The position numbers and the translations under genes were made by a program. Shown in pieces: positions 51,853 through 63,948 of a stretch of 64,000 bases of DNA. The number at the start of each line of letters is the position of its first letter. Positions within the stretch are counted from its first letter, which is position 1. Below the pieces are notes generated by a model. That model had not been told where the DNA came from, made no database searches, and saw nothing but the letters and a program-made list of their open reading frames with translations. The stretch is from assembly GCA_963664815.2 (NCBI GenBank), contig CAXXHB010000003.1, forward strand, positions 3,168,001 through 3,232,000. The letters run 5' to 3'. Source of the DNA: Spirochaetota bacterium (GTDB taxonomy: Bacteria; Spirochaetota; UBA4802; UBA5550).

Positions 51853-52737
51853 ATGACACCAATACTGGACGTAATAGATCTTAAGAAAACTTTTCCCGGG
51901 GTAAAAGCAGTAGACGGTATATCTTTCAGTATTGAACCTGGAATCTGCTTCGGCCTTCTGGGGCCTAACGGAGCGGGAAAAACCACGACAATTGAAATTA
52001 TTGAAGGGATACTTAAACCTGACTCCGGCCGGATTCTCTACAGAGGCGCGAAAAGAGGAAAAACATTCAAGGAGGAGGTGGGAATTCAGTTCCAGAATAC
52101 CGAGCTTCCCCAATACCTTACTGTCTATGAAACCCTCAAAGCCTTCAGAACACTTTATACGAGAAAAGCAAAACTCGACTGGATTGTGGATGTCTGTCAG
52201 CTGGGCGAAATACTCAGCCGTGATAACAGGAAAATATCCGGAGGGCAGAAACAGAGACTCCTGCTTGCTATTGCTCTTACCAATGACCCGGAACTGATAA
52301 TCCTGGATGAACCTACTACCGGTCTTGATCCACAGGCAAGAAGGCACCTGTGGGATATAGTAAACGGGATAAAGGATTCTGGAAGGACAATAATACTGAC
52401 GACACACTATATGGAAGAGGCCGAAATACTCTGCAACTCCATTGCCATCATGGATTACGGTAAAATCATAGATAAAGACTCACCTGGGAATCTGCTGATG
52501 AAATATGGTGAAGGCGCCACTATTACCATAAAAACAGATACACCGGAAAAGGTAATTGATGCCGTCGCGTGCACTGTCTACAGGGTGGAAGATACAGTTG
52601 AAATTCACACGAACCGGCTGAATGAATGTATAAAGAATCTCGCGCATGCCGGGGCGGATCTTTCCAATATGACAGTCCGCACACCAAACCTGGAGGATGT
52701 TTTCATCAAACTTACCGGGCACACTCTGAGAGCATAG
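51853..52737 (+). CDS. ABC transporter ATP-binding protein
   Basis: GPNGAGKTT, ISGGQKQR, ILDEPTTGLD. Confidence 0.96.
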   Translation: MTPILDVIDLKKTFPGVKAVDGISFSIEPGICFGLLGPNGAGKTTTIEIIEGILKPDSGRILYRGAKRGKTFKEEVGIQFQNTELPQYLTVYETLKAFRTLYTRKAKLDWIVDVCQLGEILSRDNRKISGGQKQRLLLAIALTNDPELIILDEPTTGLDPQARRHLWDIVNGIKDSGRTIILTTHYMEEAEILCNSIAIMDYGKIIDKDSPGNLLMKYGEGATITIKTDTPEKVIDAVACTVYRVEDTVEIHTNRLNECIKNLAHAGADLSNMTVRTPNLEDVFIKLTGHTLRA

Positions 52738-52752
52738 AGACAGGAATATAAT

Positions 52753-53793
52753 ATGATTAAAAGAATATGGATAATTTTTCTTTCAAGAAACAGGGAATTC
52801 TACAGAGACAGATCAGGTTTCGGATGGAACATCATCTTCCCGTTTTTTATAATAATAGGTTTCAGCCTGATATTCAACCAGAACGATAAGACCGAATACA
52901 AGATCGGTATTACAGGAGATGAAGCAAATATAAAGAAGGAGATAACACTTCAATACAAAAACTTCAGGGAATCAAAATTCCTGGAGTTTATCCCTGTGGA
53001 AAACGCAGAGTCAGGCAAAGAGAAGCTTGGACACCACAGGATTGACATGCTGATCGATCCCGAACATGGAGTCTACTGGAAAAGCAAGTCATCACCGAAA
53101 AGCTACCTCGCGGAGAAGATTCTCCAGGCCGGTAATTATACTGCAGGCGCAGAATCATTTAAAACAGGGACTGTCGAGGGGAGAGAGATCCCATATATAG
53201 AATGGCTCTTCCCCGGAGTTCTTGGTATGAACATGATGTTCAGCGCGCTTTTTGGAGTAGGCTACGCTGTAGTCCGCGACAGGAAAAACGGTGTCCTGAA
53301 AAGGCTCAGCGTAACACCGCTGATTCCTTTCGAATTCCTGACAGCGCATATCATGTCGCGGATGTTTGCGCTGTTTATAACTACGGCTGTTGTCTATATC
53401 GGCTGCGCATTGCTTTACGGCTTTGAAAACCGCGGGTCATATCTGTCCCTGATAGTAATATTTTCACTTGGCGGTTTCAGCATGATTTCACTTTCACTGA
53501 TAATTGCCTCCCGGAGCAGCAGCGAGGAGTTTGCCGGAGGTGCATTAAACCTGATTTCATGGCCCATGATGCTTCTGTCCGAGGTATGGTTTTCCCTTGA
53601 AGGGGCAAAGCCGTGGGTGAAAAACGCAGCGCAGGCATTTCCTCTAACTCATCTCACAGCAGGTGTAAGAAGAATTATGAATGACGGTGCCTCTCTCTAC
53701 GACATCAGGTATAACGTTATTGTGCTTTCCGTTATGTCTGTACTTTTCCTGGCTATCGGTTCCCTGCTTTTCAGATGGAGAAAAGCAGACTGA
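52753..53793 (+). CDS. ABC-2 type permease
   Basis: Multi-TM, R..GVLKRL..TP, FPLTHL. Confidence 0.92.
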   Translation: MIKRIWIIFLSRNREFYRDRSGFGWNIIFPFFIIIGFSLIFNQNDKTEYKIGITGDEANIKKEITLQYKNFRESKFLEFIPVENAESGKEKLGHHRIDMLIDPEHGVYWKSKSSPKSYLAEKILQAGNYTAGAESFKTGTVEGREIPYIEWLFPGVLGMNMMFSALFGVGYAVVRDRKNGVLKRLSVTPLIPFEFLTAHIMSRMFALFITTAVVYIGCALLYGFENRGSYLSLIVIFSLGGFSMISLSLIIASRSSSEEFAGGALNLISWPMMLLSEVWFSLEGAKPWVKNAAQAFPLTHLTAGVRRIMNDGASLYDIRYNVIVLSVMSVLFLAIGSLLFRWRKAD

Positions 53794-53799
53794 AGAGCG

Positions 53800-54996
53800 C
53801 TATTCAAATTTCAGCGCATCAATCGGTTTAAGGTTGGACGCTTTCCTTGCAGGATAATACCCGAAAAAAACACCAACCGCTGTGGAAAAAATAAAAGAGA
53901 TCAGCACTGATAATATAGAAAAAACAAAAGCCCACTTCAGTACAATTATAATAATCAGGTAAATTACCAGTCCAAGCATAATCCCTATCGCCCCCCCTGC
54001 CGAAGTAAGGGTAACAGCCTCTATTAAAAACTGGAAAAGCACATCCCTTCTCTTAGCGCCGATTGCCATCCTTATCCCTATCTCCCGTGTTCTCTCCGTG
54101 ACAGAGACAAGCATGATATTCATGATCCCCACTCCGCCTACGAATAAAGATATTGAGGCAATCCCGGCCAGAAGCAGAGAAAGAGCCCGTGTTATATCTT
54201 CAGTCATTTTCAGTTTTTCCTTGCTAGTTTTTATCCAGAAATCATCTTCAGCATCTGCCCTCAGGTTATGAACTGTTCTGAGGTATTTCACAAGCTTTCT
54301 GCTTGCATCATCAAGCATATTCTCTTCCCTCGTCGATAAAAGCATCTCGGCATAATCATTTCTCTTCCCGAAAAACCTGATGTTCGCAGTGGTATATGGT
54401 ATCATTATTTCATTATCAAAATCATTGCCGGAAAACGCCACACCTGCCCTGTTCAAAATACCTATAACCTGGAGCGGCACACCGTTATAAAGAATCTGCT
54501 CACCTATTGGATCCCTGTTCCCGAAAACCATCTCTTTAACAGTTAAACCTATTATAACAACCTTTGCAAATGAATTATAATCTTCCTCGTTAAAAGATCT
54601 TCCATTAATTACACTGCGGCCTTTGATAATAAGATATTCATTGCTTACCCCCCACATTTTAGCATGGGTTATATTATTTCTATACCGCAACAATCCCCCT
54701 TTTTCAGGAATGTAGCAAATTGGACTTATTTTATCTATTTCAAAGATTTCATTTTTGATAGTCAGTATATCATTATTGGAAATTCTTTTACCGCCCGGCT
54801 TTGATTCAACTGATATACCGTTATCGCCAAAATTGGCAACCTTATCCTTAACCTCAACTCTTGCGCTGCTGCCAAGTCCTATCATAAGGATTACCGACGA
54901 AACACCAATTACTATACCAATACTTGTTAGAAAGGATCTCAGCTTATTTCTTCTGAGAGATCTTATAGCAGTAATAATTGCATTCTTTATATTCAT
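53800..54996 (-). CDS. MacB/FtsX-like ABC permease
   Basis: RSFLTSIGIVIGV, GGVGIMNIMLVSVTERTREIGIRMAIGA. Confidence 0.95.
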   Translation of the reverse strand: MNIKNAIITAIRSLRRNKLRSFLTSIGIVIGVSSVILMIGLGSSARVEVKDKVANFGDNGISVESKPGGKRISNNDILTIKNEIFEIDKISPICYIPEKGGLLRYRNNITHAKMWGVSNEYLIIKGRSVINGRSFNEEDYNSFAKVVIIGLTVKEMVFGNRDPIGEQILYNGVPLQVIGILNRAGVAFSGNDFDNEIMIPYTTANIRFFGKRNDYAEMLLSTREENMLDDASRKLVKYLRTVHNLRADAEDDFWIKTSKEKLKMTEDITRALSLLLAGIASISLFVGGVGIMNIMLVSVTERTREIGIRMAIGAKRRDVLFQFLIEAVTLTSAGGAIGIMLGLVIYLIIIIVLKWAFVFSILSVLISFIFSTAVGVFFGYYPARKASNLKPIDALKFE

Positions 54997-55503
54997 AAAA
55001 CCTTTTTAATAATTGTTTTTTAACTTTTATGCTTATCTGTTTGTCTGCTTATTACTTATTATGTAATAATAAAGATAATTCGTTACCTAAAAAAATAGTA
55101 AATGAAAGTAATATCAGTAATAATTTCCGAACTTTTTATAATTAAGCAAAACTATTCACACGGTTGAAGGCGCCCGTGAGACATAATCGTCTGTCTGAAA
55201 CTGAAATATTCTTTTTAGAAATTAACATTGAAGTTATATAATTAAATTCAAATTCTTCATGATAAAAAAAGTCAAGAAAATTACAGGAGACTGATATTGA
55301 CCTGACAGCGTAAGTGAACAGGAATTATATTTCCTGGAATTATTGCTGAAAAAAAGTGACTAAAAATAAAATAATGTTGAAAAGATAGGAATAAAATTTG
55401 AAATAAAAAGTAAAAAATAATTTCATGCTCCCTTACTACAGCCCCGACAGTAATTAATGGAGCAATACAGTATCAGCAGATATATTTTCCAGGAGTAGAT
55501 AAA

Positions 55504-56337
55504 ATGGCAATATCAAAAGCACAGAAGGCCGCTTATAATGATGATATAAAGGCAATCAAACTGCAATCTGACGAGCTTGAAAAAAAAATAAGAGATCTCC
55601 TGCAGAAGAGAAAAAGCAAACCCAACCTTGAACCATACTATAATCTTGAAATTGCAACATACCTTCTCGGGACAATAGAATTATATCTTAAAATGAATGA
55701 CCTGTCAATTGCGATGCTAGGAATAAAAAACAACAAAGCCCTTGATATTGCAAAATCTAACTTCTCAAAAGTGCTTCTTCTGCTGAAAGAAACTGTCGGG
55801 GATGAGGTAGACAGAGAATCTCTTAAGGAAAATGAAGAATATCTTCAGGCAATAGATAAATTAAATCCGCGCCAGATAATCGATTTTTTAAACAGAGTTG
55901 ATATGGTTTTTAACAACCTGAGAAATAACATGGGTGAAGATTCAAAGTGGAAATGGCTCTTTGTGGAACTCCAGGCAAAAATTGCCGTAATAATAAGAAA
56001 CTTTATCAATTTTTCAGATATTCTCAAATACAGAGATCCAAGGCAGCCATATTTCCGCGACAGACGCGAACATCTCTCTATGGCAAAAGATGCTCTGGAA
56101 GAAGCAGCAAAACAGTACAGAACCAAATATGAGCTGTCATCAAAATCCCGGGAGGATTTAAAAAAATCGATCGAGATACTTGAAGCGCTGCGTAAAATCC
56201 ATTTTACCATGGGTGAGAGTAACGAAGCTGATAAATTGAAAACGACTATAGATGCCGCTAAATTTACGCTTGAAGCCGGGGATAAAAAGAAAGAAACTGA
56301 CGAAAAAAGTAAAACTAAACCATCTGTAAAAAAGTGA
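55504..56337 (+). CDS. Hypothetical helical protein upstream of hrcA
   Basis: 277-aa ORF with AGGAG RBS; no motif recognised. Confidence 0.75.
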   Translation: MAISKAQKAAYNDDIKAIKLQSDELEKKIRDLLQKRKSKPNLEPYYNLEIATYLLGTIELYLKMNDLSIAMLGIKNNKALDIAKSNFSKVLLLLKETVGDEVDRESLKENEEYLQAIDKLNPRQIIDFLNRVDMVFNNLRNNMGEDSKWKWLFVELQAKIAVIIRNFINFSDILKYRDPRQPYFRDRREHLSMAKDALEEAAKQYRTKYELSSKSREDLKKSIEILEALRKIHFTMGESNEADKLKTTIDAAKFTLEAGDKKKETDEKSKTKPSVKK

Positions 56338-56401
56338 TAAAACTTATAAAAAAAGTTGAAATTTTTCCTTGACGATTAGAGATAAATTATTATATTGTTT
56401 A

Positions 56402-56428
56402 TTAGCACTCAATAATCATGAGTGCTAA
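56402..56428. promoter_or_regulatory. CIRCE element (HrcA operator)
   Basis: Perfect TTAGCACTC-N9-GAGTGCTAA just downstream of TTGACG-N16-TATATT. Confidence 0.97.
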
Positions 56429-56450
56429 TAAACGGGTAAAAGGTAATTAC

Positions 56451-57497
56451 TTGAAAAGCGAAATGCAGGCAGAAAGGCAGCTGGATGAAAGAGAATCTGC
56501 AATACTTAACGCTATCGTTTATGAGTATATCCTTACTGGCAAACCGGTAGGATCACGGTCTTTTGTCCAGAAATACTCATTTTCTCTCTCACCAGCTACA
56601 ATGAGAAACATCATGTTCGATCTTGAAAGAATGAACTTCCTCATGCAGCCACATACTTCCTCCGGGAGAGTCCCTACGGACAAGGGATATAGATATTATG
56701 TGGATTCTCTTCTGGATAATTACAACTTCCATGAGATGATTCTTGATGAAAAAATTTTTCAGAGGGAAGTGCAGCTGGATAAAATATTTGAATCTGTTAC
56801 AAAAATGCTTTCGGTAACTTCAAACTATGCGGGAGTTATGCTGTCACCTAAACCCGATTTTACAGTAGTAAAACTCGTGGAACTGATTCAGCTCGAAAGC
56901 AGCGAAATTCTGCTTATTGCAATAACAAGAACAGGGATGATACTAACGCGCAAAGTTGGAATTTCAGTAAAGGTTACACAGGATGAGTTATTTGAGTATT
57001 CCAAGTTTCTGACCAGTGAACTTTGCGGATATTCTCTTTTCGATATAAAAGAGAAAATCTTCGAGAACCTCAGGCTGGATAAAATTAATTCCACCAACAG
57101 GGAACTGGCCCTCGATATAGCACAGATAGCTTTCAACGAAACAACAAATTCAACCATCAATATTGACGGGATAGAAAACCTTTTAAGAATTCCGGAAATG
57201 GTTGAAGAGAGCCGGTTAAACAGCCTTCTGAATATAATTGAAGAAAAAAATATTCTTAAAAGTATTCTCGAAAAGCATATGGAGGGGGAGGGAGTAAAAA
57301 TACTGATCGGTAAAGAAATAGAAAATGACAAGGTTACAGGCTGCAGCCTCGTAGCCTCTTCTTATAAGATCGGCAACAAATCAGTCGGAGCAGTTGGAGT
57401 TTTCGGTCCGACCAGGATGGATTATGAAAAAGTGGTTCCGCTGGTTGATTATACAGGAAAAGCGGTATCTGGCCTTTTGACCAAGATGTCGAAATAA
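56451..57497 (+). CDS. hrcA: Heat-inducible transcription repressor HrcA (probable TTG start)
   Basis: PVGSR, SPATMRNIM, QPHTSSGRVPTDKGYRYYVD, GPTRMDY. Confidence 0.97.
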   Translation: MKSEMQAERQLDERESAILNAIVYEYILTGKPVGSRSFVQKYSFSLSPATMRNIMFDLERMNFLMQPHTSSGRVPTDKGYRYYVDSLLDNYNFHEMILDEKIFQREVQLDKIFESVTKMLSVTSNYAGVMLSPKPDFTVVKLVELIQLESSEILLIAITRTGMILTRKVGISVKVTQDELFEYSKFLTSELCGYSLFDIKEKIFENLRLDKINSTNRELALDIAQIAFNETTNSTINIDGIENLLRIPEMVEESRLNSLLNIIEEKNILKSILEKHMEGEGVKILIGKEIENDKVTGCSLVASSYKIGNKSVGAVGVFGPTRMDYEKVVPLVDYTGKAVSGLLTKMSK

Positions 57498-57523
57498 ACA
57501 GTAATTTAAGGTGGAGATTTAAA

Positions 57524-58168
57524 ATGGGTAACGGGGAAACGGGCGCAGCCAAAGAAAATCAGACTGAAACAGAAAATATTGTAAATAGTGAAAACGGTCA
57601 TGAAAGCAATTGCGAAGATGTTAAAAATCTTGAAAATGAGATTTCGAACCAGGATGAAGAGATTGTAAAGTTAAACAAAGAAATAGAGACTTTAAAAGAT
57701 CTTCTTCAGAGAAGGCAGGCAGATTTTGAAAACTTCAGAAAACGGACGATTAAACTTCAGGAGGATTACAGAAAACTGGCCATAAAGGATTTTGCCTGTG
57801 ATATTATCAATGTAAATGATGATATAATGAGGGCAATTGAAGCTTCGGACAGTCTATCCGGACAGGAACAGACAGACTCAAAGAATTCTTTTATAGAAGG
57901 AATCAGACTTGTATCCAGAAGAATTGAAGAGATACTGAATAAATACGGAATTGAAGAGATTGCATCCGAGAATAAACCCTTTAATCCGAGTTTTCACGAA
58001 GCTGTGGAAATTGAAAACAGCGCGGATCACAACGAAGATACTGTAACAAAGGTTTACCAGAAAGGTTTTAAACTGGATGAGCATCTTGTAAGAAGCGCAA
58101 AAGTTAAAGTATCAAAACCTGCCCCGAAGAAGACAGATGGGGCGGACGATAATGGAAAATGCAGCTGA
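57524..58168 (+). CDS. grpE: Nucleotide exchange factor GrpE
   Basis: ADFENFRKR, FNPSFHEAV, QKGF..VRSAKVKV. Confidence 0.96.
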   Translation: MGNGETGAAKENQTETENIVNSENGHESNCEDVKNLENEISNQDEEIVKLNKEIETLKDLLQRRQADFENFRKRTIKLQEDYRKLAIKDFACDIINVNDDIMRAIEASDSLSGQEQTDSKNSFIEGIRLVSRRIEEILNKYGIEEIASENKPFNPSFHEAVEIENSADHNEDTVTKVYQKGFKLDEHLVRSAKVKVSKPAPKKTDGADDNGKCS

Positions 58169-58236
58169 TTGCTCATTTAATCATGCTGTTGTAATAAAAT
58201 GACAAAAGAATAATATAATTTACAAGGAGTAATGTA

Positions 58237-60156
58237 ATGAGTAAAATAATAGGAATAGATCTTGGAACCACAAATTCATGTGTATCTGTTATGTCAGGCG
58301 GTGAACCGGTTGTAATACAGAATGCAGAGGGACAGAGAACTACACCTTCAATTGTAGCTTATACGGATAAAGGCGAGCGTCTCGTGGGACAGATTGCCAA
58401 AAACCAGATTATAACAAATCCCGAGAACACCATAAGATCGGTAAAACGTTTTATGGGGAGAAAATATAATGAAGTAACAGGGGAAATCTCCATGGTTGCA
58501 TATCATGTTAAAGATGACAGCAAGGGCGGAGTTACAATCAATACTGTATCAGGTGAATTTACACCGCCGGAGATTTCTGCAAGAATACTGCAGAAGATGA
58601 AACAGACCGCTGAGGATTTTCTCGGAGAGACTGTTTCAAAAGCTGTTATCACAGTACCTGCATATTTTAACGACTCACAGAGGCAGGCTACAAAAGACGC
58701 AGGGAGAATAGCAGGCCTTGAAGTTGAGAGGATAATAAACGAACCGACAGCAGCCGCACTGGCTTATGGTCTCGACAAAGGAAAAAACAACGAAAAAATA
58801 GCAGTATATGACCTCGGTGGCGGCACATTTGACGTTTCCATCCTCGAACTTGGTGATGGAGTTTTTGAGGTAAAATCCACCAATGGCAACACTCACCTCG
58901 GAGGAGATGACTTCGACCAGAGAATAATGGAGTGGCTCATTGCTGAATTCAAGAAGCAGACCGGAATTGATGTTTCCAAGGATAAAATGGCTCTTCAGAG
59001 ACTTAAAGAATCAGCTGAAAAAGCGAAGATCGAATTATCAGGCAAGATGCAGACTGAAATCAATATACCATTCCTCACAGCCGATCAGAATGGCCCGAAA
59101 CACCTTGTTACCACACTGTCGAGATCGAAGTTCGAGCAGCTTGTGGAGGATCTCGTTGAATCGACCAAATCTCCCTGTATGAGAGCGCTGGAAGATGCGG
59201 GACTTACTGCAGGTGATATCGATGAAGTAATACTCGTAGGGGGATCAACAAGGATACCATCCGTTCAGGAACTTGTAAAAAGAGTTTTCGCGAAAGAGCC
59301 CCACAAGGGAGTTAACCCCGATGAGGTTGTAGCCATAGGAGCTGCCATTCAGGGCGGAGTTCTTGCAGGTGACGTACACGATGTACTTCTTCTCGACGTA
59401 ACTCCCCTTTCTCTCGGAATTGAGACCCTGGGCGGAGTTATGACAAAACTGATAGAAAGAAATACGACAATTCCGGCAAGGAAGAGCCAGACTTTCTCTA
59501 CAGCTGCTGATAACCAGCCTGCTGTTTCAATCCATGTTCTCCAGGGTGAAAGGGAGATAGCCGCACAGAACAGAACGCTGGGCAGATTTGACCTGTCAGA
59601 TATTCCTCCTGCTCCGAGGGGAATTCCACAGATAGAGGTTACATTCGATATAGATGCAAACGGTATTGTACACGTTTCAGCTAAAGATCTTGGAACCGGC
59701 AAAGAGCAGAAAATTAAAATTGAATCTTCAAGCGGACTTTCAGAATCTGATATCGAAAAAATGGTTAAAGAGGCTGAACTGCACGCCGAAGAGGACAAAA
59801 AAGCCAAAGAACTTATTGAGGCTAAAAATGAATCTGATTCACTCATTTATTCAATGGAAAAAATGATAAGAGAAAACGAAACAAAAATTGAGCCTGGTGA
59901 AAAAGATTCAATCAATACAGCAATTTCAAAGCTGAAGACCGCAATGGAAGGGAGCAACCTGGAATCTATACGACATGCAAAATCCGAACTTGAACAGGCC
60001 TCACACCAGTTCGCACAACGTATATATCAGGATGCATCAAAGGAACATAGTGAACCCGGACAGGAAGGGCCGGCAGGGGAAAAGCCGGGTGAATCTGCAG
60101 GCGGGAAAGATAAAGTTTATGACGCAGATTATGAAGTAGTTGACGAGGATAAATAA
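58237..60156 (+). CDS. dnaK: Chaperone DnaK
   Basis: [26 protein letters not shown]. Confidence 0.99.
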   Translation: MSKIIGIDLGTTNSCVSVMSGGEPVVIQNAEGQRTTPSIVAYTDKGERLVGQIAKNQIITNPENTIRSVKRFMGRKYNEVTGEISMVAYHVKDDSKGGVTINTVSGEFTPPEISARILQKMKQTAEDFLGETVSKAVITVPAYFNDSQRQATKDAGRIAGLEVERIINEPTAAALAYGLDKGKNNEKIAVYDLGGGTFDVSILELGDGVFEVKSTNGNTHLGGDDFDQRIMEWLIAEFKKQTGIDVSKDKMALQRLKESAEKAKIELSGKMQTEINIPFLTADQNGPKHLVTTLSRSKFEQLVEDLVESTKSPCMRALEDAGLTAGDIDEVILVGGSTRIPSVQELVKRVFAKEPHKGVNPDEVVAIGAAIQGGVLAGDVHDVLLLDVTPLSLGIETLGGVMTKLIERNTTIPARKSQTFSTAADNQPAVSIHVLQGEREIAAQNRTLGRFDLSDIPPAPRGIPQIEVTFDIDANGIVHVSAKDLGTGKEQKIKIESSSGLSESDIEKMVKEAELHAEEDKKAKELIEAKNESDSLIYSMEKMIRENETKIEPGEKDSINTAISKLKTAMEGSNLESIRHAKSELEQASHQFAQRIYQDASKEHSEPGQEGPAGEKPGESAGGKDKVYDADYEVVDEDK

Positions 60157-60170
60157 TCCTGGCATAATAC

Positions 60171-60201
60171 TACCGCAGTTTTAAACAATAAAACTGCGGT
60201 A
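60171..60201 (+). terminator. Intergenic stem-loop between dnaK and dnaJ
   Basis: TACCGCAGTTTTA / TAAAACTGCGGTA perfect stem. Confidence 0.65.
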
Positions 60202-60231
60202 TAAAAGCCTTTTAAATGTGAGGGGATTAAA

Positions 60232-61329
60232 TTGGCAAAAAGAGATTATTACGAGATACTTGGCGTTGTTAAAACAGCCTCTGATCAGGAAATAAAACAG
60301 GCGTACAGGAAACTCGCGTTAAAATATCATCCGGATAAAAACAAGGGTAATAAAGAATCCGAAGAAATGTTCAAAGAAGCTACTGAAGCCTATGAAGTAC
60401 TCAGGGATCCGAAAAAACGCGCATCTTACGACAAATTCGGACATGAGGGTGTAGGTGGTTTTGAAAATTTCGGCCGTGGAGCATATTCCGATTTTTCAGA
60501 TATTTTCGGCAATGTAGACCTTGGCGATATATTTGAAGGTTTTTTCGGTTCGTCCTTCGGCAGAAGCGGATCAAAGAAAGCAAAAAGAGGTTCCGATTTA
60601 CAGTATGACATGACAATAACGCTTGAAGAAGCGGCATCAGGAAGCGAAATACAGATTGAAATACCAAGAAATGAAACATGTGAAACCTGCAGTGGTACCG
60701 GCTCCTCTTCAAAAACAAAACCCGCAGTATGCCCCACATGTAATGGGATGGGACAGGTCAGACAAACCCAGGGATTCTTCTCAATAACTCAGGCCTGCCC
60801 CAGGTGCCGTGGTGAGGGGAAAATTGTAACATCACCCTGCAAAGTCTGCAATGGATCAGGACTAACAAAGAAAAAAAGGACTATAACAGTAAAGATTCCG
60901 GCCGGTGTGGAATCCGGGTCACGGCTTAAAATTTCGGGAGAGGGTGAGCATGCCCCTAATGACGGAATTACCGGAGATCTTTATGTTGTTCTTCACATAA
61001 AAAAACATCCCAACTTTGACAGGCATGGTAATGATATACTGAGCGTCATAGACGTTTCATACCCGATCGTCTGCCTTGGCGGAGAAATTGAAGTGCCGAC
61101 CATTTATGGGAACAAGGTTAAAATGAAGCTTCCGCCGGGAACTGAAAACGGACAGGTATTCCGCCTGAAAGGCAACGGCATACCATATCTTGGATCATAT
61201 GGCAAAGGTGATCAACTGGTAAAAATAAATATCCTGGTGCCTAAAAAACTCACATCAAGGCAGAAGGAACTGCTCAAAGAATTTGCAAAACTCTCGGGAG
61301 AAAGTCCGGCGGGTGAGGATTTTTACTGA
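60232..61329 (+). CDS. dnaJ: Chaperone DnaJ
   Basis: J domain HPD; four CxxCxGxG repeats. Confidence 0.99.
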   Translation: MAKRDYYEILGVVKTASDQEIKQAYRKLALKYHPDKNKGNKESEEMFKEATEAYEVLRDPKKRASYDKFGHEGVGGFENFGRGAYSDFSDIFGNVDLGDIFEGFFGSSFGRSGSKKAKRGSDLQYDMTITLEEAASGSEIQIEIPRNETCETCSGTGSSSKTKPAVCPTCNGMGQVRQTQGFFSITQACPRCRGEGKIVTSPCKVCNGSGLTKKKRTITVKIPAGVESGSRLKISGEGEHAPNDGITGDLYVVLHIKKHPNFDRHGNDILSVIDVSYPIVCLGGEIEVPTIYGNKVKMKLPPGTENGQVFRLKGNGIPYLGSYGKGDQLVKINILVPKKLTSRQKELLKEFAKLSGESPAGEDFY

Positions 61330-61679
61330 AAACGAATAGGCTCTGTTGTATATTATCACCCTGCCCTTCATGGTTGCAGCAGGTGTCTTTTATGGAGACA
61401 ATAGTTATCTATATATTTATAAAATGTTTTATTATTGCATTAATTTGAAGAAATTCATCATTTGATTGATATAAAATAAAAGATGAAAATTTTTAAATCG
61501 TTTTTATCAAACCGCTTAATAATGAATGCTCTTTTCAGGTCAATTTTTATGAAATCCAGCCATTCATGCCTTTATTTACGGTGATATCAAAACGGCTGCT
61601 TAAAAAACATTATAAAACCATGCCCATTAATAATTAAGGGTATAGGTTTATAAAACAAAAGCTGCAACTGGAGAGATAG

Positions 61680-61967
61680 ATGATTCCAATAGTAGATTAC
61701 GGAAGCATTGCAATTGTTGTCCCAAAAGTAACTGCTGTTGGCAGTACTGTTTCCGAAGAAGGGAAACCAGGTTTTGAAGTATTTCTTTCCGGAATGGAGG
61801 AACCTATTGTTATCGGATTTGATACCGAGAAAGAAGCTTTTGATGCAAGAGAGGAACTGATCGCCATTATAGCACAATATCATTATGTAAAAGAGCTTGG
61901 TCCCGACTTTGATATCAGCGATTTCCTCGGTAAAGAAGAAAATGATGATGACATCAGTGAACATTAA
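61680..61967 (+). CDS. Small acidic hypothetical protein
   Basis: GGAG RBS, 95 aa. Confidence 0.65.
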   Translation: MIPIVDYGSIAIVVPKVTAVGSTVSEEGKPGFEVFLSGMEEPIVIGFDTEKEAFDAREELIAIIAQYHYVKELGPDFDISDFLGKEENDDDISEH

Positions 61968-62070
61968 AAAATCGGGCAAACTCAGGAAAAAATAATGATA
62001 AAAAATGAATCTGAATCTGTAAAAAAAATTTTTTTCTTAAAATAATTATTGTAACCATAACAGGACAATC

Positions 62071-62643
62071 ATGTCACCTATAAATGATATAGAAATAATA
62101 AACAGAGTTATTGAAGGGGATAAAGAAGCCTTCACTATAATTGTTAAAAAATACCAGAATATGGTGTTTAAATATGTTTATTATCAGTTCAACAACTATG
62201 ACGAAGCACTCGATATTACACAGGATATATTTATAACTGTTATGGAAGCTCTACAATCATTCAGGCAGGAATCAAAGTTTTCCACATGGCTTTACAGTAT
62301 AATGGTAAACCATTGTAAAAACTACAGGAAGAAAATGAACAGGTACAGTACTGTTTCTCTGAAAATCCAGAGAGGTGAGGATGAAGTTGATCTTCAGCTT
62401 CAGGATTACAGGGAAAATCCTGAGGAAAAAGTAGTAAATGAAGATTCACTGCGGATAATAAAAGAAGAAATTGAGAAGCTGCCAGATGATTTTAAAGATA
62501 TTCTGACTCTCCGTGATATTGACGGTTTATCATATAATGAAATATCTGATATACTGGGAATAAACCTTTCCAATGTCAAAGTACGGATTCACAGAGGCCG
62601 CGAATATTTAAAAAACAGATTATATGCCAGAGGTTTAATATGA
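62071..62643 (+). CDS. ECF RNA polymerase sigma factor (RpoE-like)
   Basis: DITQDIF, SKFSTWLY, GLSYNEIS..VKVRIHRGR. Confidence 0.94.
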   Translation: MSPINDIEIINRVIEGDKEAFTIIVKKYQNMVFKYVYYQFNNYDEALDITQDIFITVMEALQSFRQESKFSTWLYSIMVNHCKNYRKKMNRYSTVSLKIQRGEDEVDLQLQDYRENPEEKVVNEDSLRIIKEEIEKLPDDFKDILTLRDIDGLSYNEISDILGINLSNVKVRIHRGREYLKNRLYARGLI

Positions 62644-63308
62644 CATTTAAGCATCTGAATTTTGAACAATTATCCGATTTAATAGACAACGAACTCCCCG
62701 ATCAACAGAAAGAATACTGTCTGTCACATATCACCATATGTGAAATATGCGGCAGGGAATATGAATCTTTGACTAAATGTTTATCTCTTTTATCAACTCT
62801 GAAAAATGAATGTATAACAATCCCTGATTTTTCAGAGCGTACAATAATGATATGCAGGTCCCGGGAAAGGAAGAAATTATTCATTAAAGCCATCCCGGCT
62901 ATTGCAGCCTCAGTGGTAATAATTGCAGGAGCGGGTTTTATCCGTACCGGTATTTTTAATAACGGGAGCTCTTATGTTGCAGCCAATTTGTCAGGACATA
63001 ATGAAACACAGAAAATAATTGAATCGATAAGCAACTCACATGGCAGAATTATTCAGATAGCACATTCTTATATTGACAGTGAATTTGATAAAAAATCCCT
63101 TGATACAATTGAACAAATATTACATAAAAATAACATAAAGCATGCAGTTATTGTGAATTCAGGAATGCTTATAAATCCTGCAACCGGGAATATGGAAGAT
63201 GTAAACTTTTATTACGGCAGCAGTCCTGTTTCGGATAATACTCTTTCAAAAAATAACAATTATTTTGCCACAGGAAACGGTAAAATACGCATAAGAATTT
63301 TCAAATAG
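62640..63308 (+). CDS. Zinc-finger anti-sigma factor
   Basis: HxxxCxxC (HITICEIC) plus a TM segment; overlaps the sigma stop. Confidence 0.85.
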   Translation: MTFKHLNFEQLSDLIDNELPDQQKEYCLSHITICEICGREYESLTKCLSLLSTLKNECITIPDFSERTIMICRSRERKKLFIKAIPAIAASVVIIAGAGFIRTGIFNNGSSYVAANLSGHNETQKIIESISNSHGRIIQIAHSYIDSEFDKKSLDTIEQILHKNNIKHAVIVNSGMLINPATGNMEDVNFYYGSSPVSDNTLSKNNNYFATGNGKIRIRIFK

Positions 63309-63948
63309 ATTCCACCATCAATTCAAGGAAAGAATCCGTGTCATAAATAGCTCCGCCGCACACACCTCTGGATGAATATAAAGAGGCTTCATGCACCATC
63401 TCGTCATAATCTGCCTGTGCATCATGTATTTGATAAATATTATAACCTCTGTCAGATGCATCTCTTGCTGTTGTTTCAACACACTGGCTGGTAGCAAGAC
63501 CCGTTAATACCAGAGTTGAAATATTCATAGATTTAAGAATATTGTCTATATCCGATGAAGAAAATGGACTGAATGTTGTTTTGTCAACTATTATATCTTC
63601 GGGATCAGGTTTCAATTCATCAATTATATCTGCTGACAATTCAGTTTCAACAGGATAAACTCCGGCAAATCCTCTTGCCATTCCATCATCATAGGTTTTT
63701 TTAAAAAACCTGTGAAGATCTTTTCTTTCATAATCCTGCCCGCATAATCTCAGATAAATTACTGGCAGATTAAGCTCTTTAAATGATTTTTTTATTTTCA
63801 TAATATTAGGAATTATGATATTATATGAACGATCGCGAATATATGTAAGAGATCCCGGATACAGGGAATTAAAATACTCTGAGTATGCAGAATTACTTTC
63901 CAGATAATATTTCTGCATATCTACTATAACAAGGGCGAATCCTTTCAT
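63301..63948 (-). CDS. Isochorismatase-family cysteine hydrolase
   Basis: ALVIVDMQ, DKTTFSPF, TGLATSQCVETTARDA. Confidence 0.92.
   Translation of the reverse strand: MKGFALVIVDMQKYYLESNSAYSEYFNSLYPGSLTYIRDRSYNIIIPNIMKIKKSFKELNLPVIYLRLCGQDYERKDLHRFFKKTYDDGMARGFAGVYPVETELSADIIDELKPDPEDIIVDKTTFSPFSSSDIDNILKSMNISTLVLTGLATSQCVETTARDASDRGYNIYQIHDAQADYDEMVHEASLYSSRGVCGGAIYDTDSFLELMVESI

Noticed and set aside
56418-56450. ATG at 56418 as the hrcA start
   Set aside because: It lies inside the CIRCE with no RBS; TTG 56451 (after AAAGGT) or ATG 56463 is more plausible.
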